This document shows, piece after piece, positions 8,591 to 17,314 of a stretch of 64,000 nt of DNA (its first letter is position 1; each line of letters starts with the position of its first letter). A program made the position numbers and the translations under genes. The stretch lies in the NCBI GenBank assembly GCA_001795385.1, contig MGOU01000022.1, positions 33,566-97,565 on the forward strand, in the 5' to 3' direction. This DNA comes from Clostridiales bacterium GWD2_32_19 (GTDB lineage Bacteria; Bacillota; Clostridia; Lachnospirales; UBA12420). The notes beneath the pieces are model-generated. The model was not told the DNA's origin, did no database searches, and saw only the letters and a list, made by a program, of their open reading frames with translations.

Positions 8591-9868
8591 ATGATTTCAA
8601 TTATAGTTGCGATAATAGTTTTTTCGATTCTTATACTTGTTCATGAATTTGGGCATTTTATAGTTGCAAGAATGAATGGAGTTTTTGTTGAAGAATTTGC
8701 AATAGGTATGGGACCAAAACTGATTTCAAAAAAAATGGGGGAAACGATATATTCTATAAGAATATTACCTCTTGGTGGTTTTTGTAAAATGACGGGTGAA
8801 GAAGAAAATTCAGACGATCCTCGAGCTTTCTGTAAAAAAAGTGTAGGGCAAAGAATGGCTATAGTCGTTGCTGGTGCGCTTATGAACTTTATATATGCAA
8901 TAGTTGCTATAATCATAGCTGTTAGTCTTATGAATAATGTTACATTACCAATAGTTGATACAATATCACCTAATTCACCAGCGGAGATTGCTGGGTTAAT
9001 GAAGGGTGACAAGATATTATATATCAATGATACAAAAGTAGGGATAATGGAAGATATACTTTTTGAAACAGCACTTTTGAATACACCAGAAAAGAAAGTA
9101 AATCTTATAATAGAGAGAAATGGTGAGAAAAAAAATATAACAACATCGTTAAATGCTGGTATAATAATAAGTGCTATTCCACAAGAGTTAGAGGGTAAGA
9201 TAAACCTAAAAGTAGGGGATTTCGTAGTTAATATAGCAGGGAAAGATGTATACTATATTAAAGACATAGAAAAAGAACTTATGAATAAAAACAAAGTAAA
9301 TGTGCAAGTACTTAGAAATGATAAAATAGAAACGCTTATAGATGAAAATACAAAAACATTAGTAATAAATCAAACGAGAATAAAAAGAGTAATGGGTTTT
9401 TCACCATTAGAGCAGAAACTAGATTTTATGGAATCATTTGATTATAGTGTTAAAAAGTTTGGATATTTTATAAGAACTACATGGGTTAGCTTAAGTAAAC
9501 TTGTAACAGGGCAAGTAAGTTTCAAACTTGTTTCTGGACCTATTGGCATAGTAAAATATTTAGGTGATACTTACGATAAAAGTGTAAATGCGAGTGAGGT
9601 TTTTATGGATCAGGTTGTTAATGTATCTGTTAACTTGCTCATGTTTTCAGCTTTACTTAGTGCCAACCTAGGTGTTATAAACCTAATGCCTTTCCCAGCA
9701 CTTGATGGTGGAAGATTGGTATTTATGTTTGTTGAACTCATAAGAGGAAAGCCAGTTGATGTAGAAAAAGAAAATTGGGTGCATGTACTAGGTTTGGCAC
9801 TACTTATGATACTTATGGTTTTCGTATTTTATAATGATATAATGAAATTAGTTAATGGAATAGTTTAA
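8591..9868 (+). CDS. rseP: RIP site-2 metalloprotease RseP/RasP (M50)
   Basis: HEFGHF zinc motif in TM1, PDZ region (SPAEIAGLMKGDKI), NLMPFPALDGG motif. Confidence 0.9.
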   Translation: MISIIVAIIVFSILILVHEFGHFIVARMNGVFVEEFAIGMGPKLISKKMGETIYSIRILPLGGFCKMTGEEENSDDPRAFCKKSVGQRMAIVVAGALMNFIYAIVAIIIAVSLMNNVTLPIVDTISPNSPAEIAGLMKGDKILYINDTKVGIMEDILFETALLNTPEKKVNLIIERNGEKKNITTSLNAGIIISAIPQELEGKINLKVGDFVVNIAGKDVYYIKDIEKELMNKNKVNVQVLRNDKIETLIDENTKTLVINQTRIKRVMGFSPLEQKLDFMESFDYSVKKFGYFIRTTWVSLSKLVTGQVSFKLVSGPIGIVKYLGDTYDKSVNASEVFMDQVVNVSVNLLMFSALLSANLGVINLMPFPALDGGRLVFMFVELIRGKPVDVEKENWVHVLGLALLMILMVFVFYNDIMKLVNGIV

Positions 9869-10030
9869 CTCACCCCCTGTCCCCTCTCTCTTGAAAGAGG
9901 AGAAGTGTTACAAATATTGTAATAGCACAAATTGAGAATTTAGAAAATTCAAGTATGGGGAAACCAATATGAAACATATTACTTAAGTTTGGCTTTACCC
10001 TCTTTGTAAGAGAGGTGCAAGGGTGAGTAG
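9869..10030 (+). other. Structured spacer with GC-rich termini
   Basis: ctcaccc-c-ctgtccc at the 5' end and gggtgag-ta-gggacag at the 3' end. Two cctct..agagg mini-hairpins. Starts right after the rseP stop. Confidence 0.4.
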
Positions 10031-10058
10031 GGACAGCATTAATATGCTGTCCTTTGTT
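10031..10058 (+). terminator. Rho-independent terminator-like hairpin upstream of mtaB
   Basis: ggacagcat-taat-atgctgtcc, a perfect 9-bp stem, followed by tttgtt. Confidence 0.6.
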
Positions 10059-10077
10059 ACAATAGGAGGTAAATGAC

Positions 10078-11373
10078 ATGAAAGTAGCGGGATATAATCT
10101 AGGCTGTAAAGTTAATAAATACGAGCTTGATTCAGTACTTGAAGAGTTTAAGAAAAATGATTATGAAATAGTGGACTTTGGAGATATTGCAGATGTGTAC
10201 ATAGTGAACACCTGTGCTGTTACCCAGCTTGCAGAAAGAAAGTCAAGACAAATGATAAATAGAGCTAAAAGTAAGAATTACGGTGCAATATTTGTTGCGG
10301 CAGGTTGTTACACACAAAAGGAAGGCGAAAGTATAACAGATGTGGATATCGTAATTGGTACAAATAATAAAGATAAGATATATAAAATGGTAGAAGAGTA
10401 TATAAAAAACAGAGAAAAAATATTGCTTGTGGAAAGCATAAGCACTGAAAAGATATATGATGATATGAAATTATCTAGTACCCAAGATGCTACTCGGGCA
10501 TATGTAAAAATACAAGATGGTTGTAAAAATTATTGTACTTATTGTATAATACCTTATTTAAGAGGAGCAGTTCGTAGTAGAAAATTAGTGGAAGTGTTAG
10601 AAGAAGTGGAAATGCTAGCAAAAAAAGGATATAAAGAAATAGTACTTGCAGGTATAGAAGTAGCGTCATTCGGAGAAGACTTAGGGGACATAAAATTAAT
10701 CCAAGTTTTAGAAGAAACAAGCAAAGTGCGGGGTGTAGAACGAATAAGATTAAGCTCTATGTATCCTACAGTAGTAGATGAGGAATTTGTAAGTAGTATA
10801 AAAAATCTAAATAACATATGCAATCATTTTCACCTATCGCTTCAAAGTGGTTGTAACGCTACATTAAAAAGAATGAATAGGAGATATACGACTGAACAGT
10901 ATAGACAAGGGATAAAACTCCTCAAAAAAAATATACTTGATGTGGCTATTACAACAGATATTATAGTAGGATTTCCTGGAGAGACAGAAGAAGAGTTCGA
11001 GGCAACATATAACTTTGTAAAAGAGATGAAATTTAGCAAGATACATGTATTTAAGTATTCAAAAAGAAAAGGCACAAAAGCTGAAATTTTAGAGAATCAG
11101 ATTGACGAAAACATAAAAAATAATCGCAGTTCCAAGATGATAAAACTTGGAGAATCATTAGAACAAGAGTTTTTAAAAAACTACATAGGAAGAGAGTTAG
11201 ATGTGTTATTCGAAGGAAAAATAAAAAGTAAAGATAACCGATACCCAGGACATAGCATGAATTATTTGAAGGTAGTAGTAGAGTCAGCAGAGAATATAAA
11301 AAATGAAATAAAGACAGTAAAAATTGAGAAAGTTGAAAAGGACTATTTAGTAGGAAGTTTATATGAGAGGTGA
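10078..11373 (+). CDS. mtaB: Radical-SAM methylthiotransferase, MtaB-like
   Basis: N-terminal MTTase domain (GCKVNKYE), radical SAM cluster GCKNYCTYCIIP, C-terminal TRAM-like region. Confidence 0.75.
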   Translation: MKVAGYNLGCKVNKYELDSVLEEFKKNDYEIVDFGDIADVYIVNTCAVTQLAERKSRQMINRAKSKNYGAIFVAAGCYTQKEGESITDVDIVIGTNNKDKIYKMVEEYIKNREKILLVESISTEKIYDDMKLSSTQDATRAYVKIQDGCKNYCTYCIIPYLRGAVRSRKLVEVLEEVEMLAKKGYKEIVLAGIEVASFGEDLGDIKLIQVLEETSKVRGVERIRLSSMYPTVVDEEFVSSIKNLNNICNHFHLSLQSGCNATLKRMNRRYTTEQYRQGIKLLKKNILDVAITTDIIVGFPGETEEEFEATYNFVKEMKFSKIHVFKYSKRKGTKAEILENQIDENIKNNRSSKMIKLGESLEQEFLKNYIGRELDVLFEGKIKSKDNRYPGHSMNYLKVVVESAENIKNEIKTVKIEKVEKDYLVGSLYER

Positions 11374-11811
11374 ATGAATATGAAAAGAGTAATGGGACTA
11401 GATTTTGGTGATAAGACAATAGGAATTGCAGTTAGTGATTTGCTTCTTTTTACTGCGCAAGGAGTTGAAATAATAAGAAGAGATAACCCAATAGATCTGA
11501 GCAAAAGCATGGAAAGACTGAAAGAACTTATAAAAATTTATGATGTGGACAAAATAGTATTAGGATTTCCTAAAAATATGAATGCAACAATAGGAGAAAG
11601 AGGAGAGAAAAGTATAAGGTTTAAGGAAAAGCTAGAAAAGGACTTTAATTTAGAGGTTATTCTTATAGACGAAAGACTGACAACAATGCAATCTGAAAAG
11701 ATGCTTATACAGGCAGATGTAAGTAGACAAAAGAGAAAAAAGGTAATAGATAAAATGGCAGCAATGTTGATATTACAAGCATATTTGGATGGAACAACAA
11801 AGTACAAATAA
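11374..11811 (+). CDS. ruvX: Holliday-junction-resolvase-like nuclease YqgF/RuvX
   Basis: [21 protein letters not shown] motifs, about 140 aa. The start is 11374 or 11380. Confidence 0.9.
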   Translation: MNMKRVMGLDFGDKTIGIAVSDLLLFTAQGVEIIRRDNPIDLSKSMERLKELIKIYDVDKIVLGFPKNMNATIGERGEKSIRFKEKLEKDFNLEVILIDERLTTMQSEKMLIQADVSRQKRKKVIDKMAAMLILQAYLDGTTKYK

Positions 11812-11875
11812 CAAAGTACAAAGAACAAATAACAGAATTTTCATTTTGTACTCTGTACTTTGAACTTTGTACTTT
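11799..11875. terminator. Imperfect 31-nt-arm palindrome between convergent genes
   Basis: Arms 11799-11829 and 11845-11875 match at 26 of 31 positions. They are built from aaagtacaaa / tttgtacttt units. Confidence 0.5.
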
Positions 11876-11879
11876 ATCC

Positions 11880-12203
11880 TTACCAGTCTGGCCTTACTTT
11901 CACATTATAACTATAGTTATTTCCATAGTTATTATCCCAATTACCATTTACATCGTAAAAAGTAAAATTTAAACATTGTTTGTCTTTGACAGGTATTATA
12001 GCTTCGAAATCATTATTTGAGTTTCTGTACATTTGTAAGTTGGATACATCAGACCAATTAGTAGTATTATCAGTATACCCTAGATGTACATATATATTAT
12101 TATCATTAGTATTTGCTAAACTTCCGTTGTAATTAATTTTTAATTTATCACCAACTACGGGTGTATTTGGTGATAGTAATACGATATCTTGTTTTTTATT
12201 CAT
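11880..12203 (-). CDS. Stand-alone carbohydrate-binding-module-like protein (CBM25/CBM53-like)
   Basis: 107 aa, no signal peptide. Pattern YVHLGY..W.....M......F.A.IP......L.F.F.D.NGNWDNNYGNNY is typical of starch/glycogen-binding modules. RBS aggaggtcgagg on the - strand. Confidence 0.5.
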   Translation of the reverse strand: MNKKQDIVLLSPNTPVVGDKLKINYNGSLANTNDNNIYVHLGYTDNTTNWSDVSNLQMYRNSNNDFEAIIPVKDKQCLNFTFYDVNGNWDNNYGNNYSYNVKVRPDW

Positions 12204-12284
12204 TTTCCTCGACCTCCTAATAAATATTATGGACGATGTAGCTTTAATTTATGCAAAAAAAGAGAAAAAGTGTGGTGAAAGCGT

Positions 12285-13445
12285 ATGCGACAAATACTGC
12301 ATATAGATATAAATTCATTTTTTGCATCTTGTGAGCAGGCTGTAGATGAAACAATTAGAGGAAAGCCTATTGCTGTGGTGAGCAGTTTAGAGGGGAGAAA
12401 TTGTATATTGCTGGCTGTTAGTTACGAGGCAAAAGCTTATGGGATAAAAAGAACAATGAGCTTGAAACATGCTCAAAGTTTATGCCAAGATTTAGTACTT
12501 AGAGTAGCTAATCATACTATGTATCAAGATTTTTCAGATAAATTTATCAAGGTATTATGTGAGTATGCTCCTATAGTTGAAAATACATCCATAGATGAAG
12601 CGTATTTGGATATGACAGGAACGGAACGTTTGTATGGAGATATAAAAGAATTTGCAAAAAAGATACAAAACATGATATATGATAAACTTTTACTTCCATC
12701 ATCTATAGGTATAGCCGATAATAAATGCTTAGCAAAGATGGCATCTGACTATAAAAAACCGTTGGGAATAACTGAATTTTATTCAGCAAATATAAAAAAA
12801 CAAGTATGGCCACTTTCAGTAGATACACTATGGGGAGTTGGAAGCAAAACATTAGGTAATTTGCAGAAACTTGGTATTTATACAATAGGAGATTTGGCTA
12901 TATTTGATAAGGCACAGCTTAAAATATATATAGGAGAAAGTTCCTCAGAAATGCTACACAAATATGCTAATGGTATTGATAATTCAAAAGTAATTTCATA
13001 TGATAAAAATAATGCAAAAAGTATAGGAAAGGAAATTACTTTTGAGGAAGATATTACATCAAGAGATATAATTAAGAAAGAACTGCTTCTTATGTCAGAA
13101 AAAGTAGCAACAAGATTAAGAAAGGTAGGAAAGAAAGCAAAAACTGTTACACTCAAAATAAAATACAACAACTTCACAGTAATTACGAGGAGTCATACCT
13201 TAGAGCATGGGTTTAATACAACAAATAGTATATATAAAACAGCAGTAGATTTATATATAAAACAATGTATAAATTCAATGCCCATAAGGCTTGTAGGCGT
13301 ACAGGTATCTAATATAGAAAAGAACGATAAAGAGCAAATGAGTCTATTTACTAATATAGATGATGATAAAGATGAGAGGTTTGAAAAAAGTATAGATATT
13401 ATTCGACAAAAATACGGTTATAACATAATAAAAAGGAATATATAA
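12285..13445 (+). CDS. dinB: DNA polymerase IV (Y-family)
   Basis: ILHIDINSFFASCE, SIDEAYLDMTG, little-finger region. Confidence 0.92.
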   Translation: MRQILHIDINSFFASCEQAVDETIRGKPIAVVSSLEGRNCILLAVSYEAKAYGIKRTMSLKHAQSLCQDLVLRVANHTMYQDFSDKFIKVLCEYAPIVENTSIDEAYLDMTGTERLYGDIKEFAKKIQNMIYDKLLLPSSIGIADNKCLAKMASDYKKPLGITEFYSANIKKQVWPLSVDTLWGVGSKTLGNLQKLGIYTIGDLAIFDKAQLKIYIGESSSEMLHKYANGIDNSKVISYDKNNAKSIGKEITFEEDITSRDIIKKELLLMSEKVATRLRKVGKKAKTVTLKIKYNNFTVITRSHTLEHGFNTTNSIYKTAVDLYIKQCINSMPIRLVGVQVSNIEKNDKEQMSLFTNIDDDKDERFEKSIDIIRQKYGYNIIKRNI

Positions 13446-13455
13446 TTTTTTAATT

Positions 13456-13616
13456 TTAATCTTTAGGGTCGATTCCCCGCAGCTCTGCTGCATGCGTCCT
13501 GTCATTGCGAGGTACGAAGCAATCTTGTACTTAAGGTAAAGGAGAGATTGCTTCGCAAAAAGATGCTCGCAATGACAAATAGATACCCCGCAGCTTTGCT
13601 GCGGGGAGAATTCATT
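13456..13616 (+). repeat. GC-rich nested-hairpin dispersed repeat, diverged copy B
   Basis: Same architecture as copy A, with conserved stems and different loops. 3' hairpin ccccgcagc-ttt-gctgcgggg has a perfect 9-bp stem. Confidence 0.85.
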
Positions 13617-13698
13617 TATTGTAGGGAAGAAGTTATTATTTTCACAAGCATAAACTTATTACATTCTTAAATAGCTACTGAATAAAAGTCAGCAGCTA

Positions 13699-14700
13699 TT
13701 ATCTTTTTCTTTTCTTTATTTGTCTAATATCGCGACCATAAAATTCTAGAGGCTTGTAATTCCCAAGTAGCCTTGAAAATATTCTGTCTGAGTATGCTTT
13801 TTGAAGGTTTTCAATTGTAAGATTAGTAGAGATAACAGTTGATTTTCTATTTAGAAATCTGGTGTTTATACAATTGAATAATTCAGCACTTGATAATGTT
13901 GTATGCCACTCTGTACCTAGATCATCTATGATAAGTAAGTCAACATTAAAAACAGAGTCAATGTAGCTTGTTCTTTCTTCAGCGTCTTCTTTGTTTTTGC
14001 TGAATCTGTCATCTTCAAAGAGTTTGAATAACTCAAAAGCTGGTAGGTATAGGACACTAATACCTTTATCTAACAAATCTTTTGCTATACAATTGCAAAG
14101 ATATGTTTTTCCAGTGCCAGGGGTACCATAAAACAATAAATTAATAAATTGCTTATCAAAGTCATGCGAAAAATCATGTGAAATTTGATAAATTCTTTTT
14201 ATGTTTTCTTGTGGATTTAGTTTTTGATTAGGATATCGCTCATCAGAATAGTAGCTAAAATCAAAGTTATCAAAATTCTCTTGATCAAGAATTTCTTTTA
14301 TATTTGAGCTAGTATATGCAGCTTGAACGAGTTCTTGCTCAAAACAAGTACATGGTTTATTGTCAATAAATCCTGTGTCAGAGCATTTTTTGCATGCATG
14401 TTTTATGGTTAAATAATCTTTATGGTATCCATGTTCTTTTAGTAATTGTTTTTTCTCGCTTTCAAGTGTATGTGTTTCCTTTTGAATTTCAAGTAAAAGT
14501 TTAGCAGAAGAAGCCGGATTTTCAATGATTGCCCTAGAAATTCTTAAACCCATATTAAATAAAAAAGCATCTATCTCCTTGATTCTAGACAAAGCAGAAT
14601 GGACTTCTAGTTTTCTGTTTTCTAAGTCAGTAATGGCATCTTGTCTTTTTCTAGCATATTTGGTAAGTATCTGTTTATAAATGTTCTGTGGAATACTCAT
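13699..14700 (-). CDS. dnaI: Helicase loader DnaI/DnaC-family AAA+ ATPase
   Basis: Walker A GTPGTGKTYL, Walker B LLIIDDLGTE, N-terminal Cys cluster CKKCSDTGF..CTC. Directly downstream of the DnaD-domain gene. Confidence 0.8.
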   Translation of the reverse strand: MSIPQNIYKQILTKYARKRQDAITDLENRKLEVHSALSRIKEIDAFLFNMGLRISRAIIENPASSAKLLLEIQKETHTLESEKKQLLKEHGYHKDYLTIKHACKKCSDTGFIDNKPCTCFEQELVQAAYTSSNIKEILDQENFDNFDFSYYSDERYPNQKLNPQENIKRIYQISHDFSHDFDKQFINLLFYGTPGTGKTYLCNCIAKDLLDKGISVLYLPAFELFKLFEDDRFSKNKEDAEERTSYIDSVFNVDLLIIDDLGTEWHTTLSSAELFNCINTRFLNRKSTVISTNLTIENLQKAYSDRIFSRLLGNYKPLEFYGRDIRQIKKRKR

Positions 14701-14701
14701 A

Positions 14702-15571
14702 TTAATCCACCTTTCTATTTTTTTCTAAGATTCTTTTATAATCATCTTCAATAAATTCTTGTTCTTGACGTTTGATTTCTTCAAAATCCCAGTTTTGCTG
14801 ATCGAAATTCATAAACTTATTGTTTGATTTTGTTTGTACTGCTTTGGTTTCTTTCGTTTGATTATTTGTCTGATTGTCTGAGAACCTGGCTATGCCATTT
14901 AAATATTTTTCTGTCTCTTCTAAAGTATGTATGTTTTTTTCACATAACGAAACTGCAATTTTTTCTGCATATGAAAGCATGGAGTTTATGTTTGTAATAC
15001 CTTTATTATGAGTATATGTAACTAAATATTTATATATATCGAGTGAAAGTACGAGACTATCAAACATATTTATGATTTGACTAAGATTTTTAGGTGAAAA
15101 GCTGGATGCATATTTTGATTCTACAAATCCAATAAATTCTTTTATGTCTGCATTGTACTTTAATATATGGCCTACCTCTTCAGGAGCATATGTATGTTCT
15201 TTAATAGTAATTTTTTTATCACTAGCGTTATTTGTTAAATCATCTTTAATAAGTTTACCCTGTGGTATACAAGGATCATTTAAATTTACAAAGTTTAAGC
15301 AATATGTATTTGTCTTACTATCTGCATCGAGGCTCATAAGACCTACAGACTCCCAGTATTTAATAGCATTAATAACATCAGATTCAAGTAAAGAAAGGTT
15401 ACTCGACACACTCTTTATAGATGTTTGAGTATTTGTATAAAAAAATCTATACAAATAGACATATATCTTTACATATGTCGCATTCGCTTTTGGTAGATAT
15501 TTTTCAATGAATATATTTGATATAGGAGTTGAATTATTTATTTGTTTAGTTTTAAAAGTGATTGCACCCAT
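14702..15571 (-). CDS. DnaD-domain replication initiation protein (B. subtilis DnaB/DnaD type)
   Basis: N-terminal winged-helix-like IFIEKYLPKANATYVKIYVYLYRF and a DnaD-like repeat. The start is taken at the MGAITFK Met, which is preceded by ggagg. Confidence 0.7.
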   Translation of the reverse strand: MGAITFKTKQINNSTPISNIFIEKYLPKANATYVKIYVYLYRFFYTNTQTSIKSVSSNLSLLESDVINAIKYWESVGLMSLDADSKTNTYCLNFVNLNDPCIPQGKLIKDDLTNNASDKKITIKEHTYAPEEVGHILKYNADIKEFIGFVESKYASSFSPKNLSQIINMFDSLVLSLDIYKYLVTYTHNKGITNINSMLSYAEKIAVSLCEKNIHTLEETEKYLNGIARFSDNQTNNQTKETKAVQTKSNNKFMNFDQQNWDFEEIKRQEQEFIEDDYKRILEKNRKVD

Positions 15572-15721
15572 GAAAAAAACCTCCAAAAAACTCAGTTAAA
15601 AGTGTACATTTGAAAACGCACAGTTATTTAGAATAATTATAACATAAATTTTAAAAAAAGGATAGAAAAAAAATAAAAAAGATGTTAAAATAGATGATAG
15701 AATTAAACAGGAGGTTTTTAC

Positions 15722-17110
15722 ATGATAAAAAAAGTTATGTCAACCATACAGGAATATGACATGATAAATAAGGGAGAAAAATTAGTAGTAGGAGTATCTG
15801 GTGGAGCAGATTCTATGAGTTTGTTACATGTATTATCTGCTTTGAAGAACAAATATAATATTGAGGTTATTGTAGTACATGTAAATCACGGCATAAGAGG
15901 ACAAGAGGCAGATAGAGACGAAAAGTTTGTGAAAGTATATTGTGAAAATAATAATATAGTAAATTATATTTTTAAATGCAATGTCAAAGAATGTGCAAGA
16001 AATGAACATATAACAGAAGAGGAAGCAGGTAGAAAATTAAGATATGAAAAATTTGCTGAAGTACTAAGCGTAGAAAATGCTGATAAAATAGCTGTTGCAC
16101 ATAACAAAAATGATTCTGTGGAGACAGTGTTTATAAATTTAATAAGAGGTACCGGGTTAAAAGGATTGGTTGGAATAAATGCAAAGCATAATAATATAAT
16201 AAGGCCACTTATTTGCTGTAGTAGGGATGAAATTGAGAGTTATTGTGAGAAAAATAAGTTGGAATACATAATTGATAGTACTAATATTAAAAATATATAT
16301 ACTAGAAATAAAGTGAGAAATCAGTTAATACCATATGTAAAAGAAAATATAAATGAAAATGTTGTAGATAATATTTTTAGAATGACTAACATATTAGATG
16401 GTGAAGAAGAATATATGGAGAAAGAAGCGTATAAAATCTATAAAAATATTGTTAAAAATTCAAGAAAAGATTGTATAGAGATGGATATAGAGATTCTTAA
16501 AAAATGTGAAAACGCAATTATAAGAAGGGTCATACGGAAAGCATTATATGAGTTATTAGGTGGAAACCTTAAAGACATCCATATAGGTCATGTTCATGAC
16601 ATAATTAATATAATGAGTAAACAATCCGGCAAACAATTAAATCTACCTAATAATATTATTGCTGAGAAAAATTTCAATATATTAAAATTATTTATTGCTA
16701 ATTTTGATGAAATCTTTGGATATGAATATAAAATAAATAAGATTCCATGTAACATAAATGTGGAGGGAGCTATTTTAAATTTAGAATTAATAGAAAGTAA
16801 TGAAAATATAATAAATACTGATAACATAAAATATTTTGATTATGACAAAATTAATATTGATCTTTTGAGTATTAGAAATAGGCGAGAAGGAGATTATATT
16901 TATATTAGACAAGAAAGTGAAAGACAAAAGCTAAAGAAATTTTTCACAAACAGTAAAATACCTATTGAAGCAAGAAATAAATTACCTATTTTAGTTCAAA
17001 ATAATAACACAATTTGGATTGTAGGATATAAGACTAGCCCGTTTTTTGCAGTAAACGAGAATACTAAAAAAGTATTGAAGGTTGAGCACACAATTGGCAA
17101 GGAAGAATGA
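15722..17110 (+). CDS. tilS: tRNA(Ile)-lysidine synthetase
   Basis: PP-loop VGVSGGADSMSL, C-terminal TilS substrate domain (GDYIY...KLKKFF). Confidence 0.9.
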   Translation: MIKKVMSTIQEYDMINKGEKLVVGVSGGADSMSLLHVLSALKNKYNIEVIVVHVNHGIRGQEADRDEKFVKVYCENNNIVNYIFKCNVKECARNEHITEEEAGRKLRYEKFAEVLSVENADKIAVAHNKNDSVETVFINLIRGTGLKGLVGINAKHNNIIRPLICCSRDEIESYCEKNKLEYIIDSTNIKNIYTRNKVRNQLIPYVKENINENVVDNIFRMTNILDGEEEYMEKEAYKIYKNIVKNSRKDCIEMDIEILKKCENAIIRRVIRKALYELLGGNLKDIHIGHVHDIINIMSKQSGKQLNLPNNIIAEKNFNILKLFIANFDEIFGYEYKINKIPCNINVEGAILNLELIESNENIINTDNIKYFDYDKINIDLLSIRNRREGDYIYIRQESERQKLKKFFTNSKIPIEARNKLPILVQNNNTIWIVGYKTSPFFAVNENTKKVLKVEHTIGKEE

Positions 17111-17185
17111 AGGGGTCTACCCTAAAAGATATAAAAAATTGAACATCGAAATTTTAAAACTGAAATAAAAAATTTGATTATAAGG

Positions 17186-17214
17186 TTGATTTTTGATTTT
17201 AAATATGGTATATT
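17186..17214 (+). promoter_or_regulatory. Extended -10 promoter upstream of ftsH
   Basis: TTGATT, 17 nt, TATATT, with TG at 17206-17207. Confidence 0.55.
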
Positions 17215-17314
17215 AGTGTAGTTAGTATTGGAAATAGAAAAAACTAATAAAATTGGTATAGATTAAAGACTATTAGGTTTTTAAATTATTAATTTAACTT
17301 CGGGGGGATAAAAT

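Noticed and set aside
9870-10079. 69-aa - strand ORF in the rseP-mtaB spacer.
   Set aside because: It has no RBS, and its start overlaps the mtaB start codon. The region is better explained by hairpins and the terminator.
12204-12284. LexA/DinR SOS boxes (GAAC-N4-GTTC) upstream of dinB and uvrB.
   Set aside because: No match was seen in the dinB upstream region or in the last 120 nt before uvrB. SOS control therefore cannot be asserted from the sequence.
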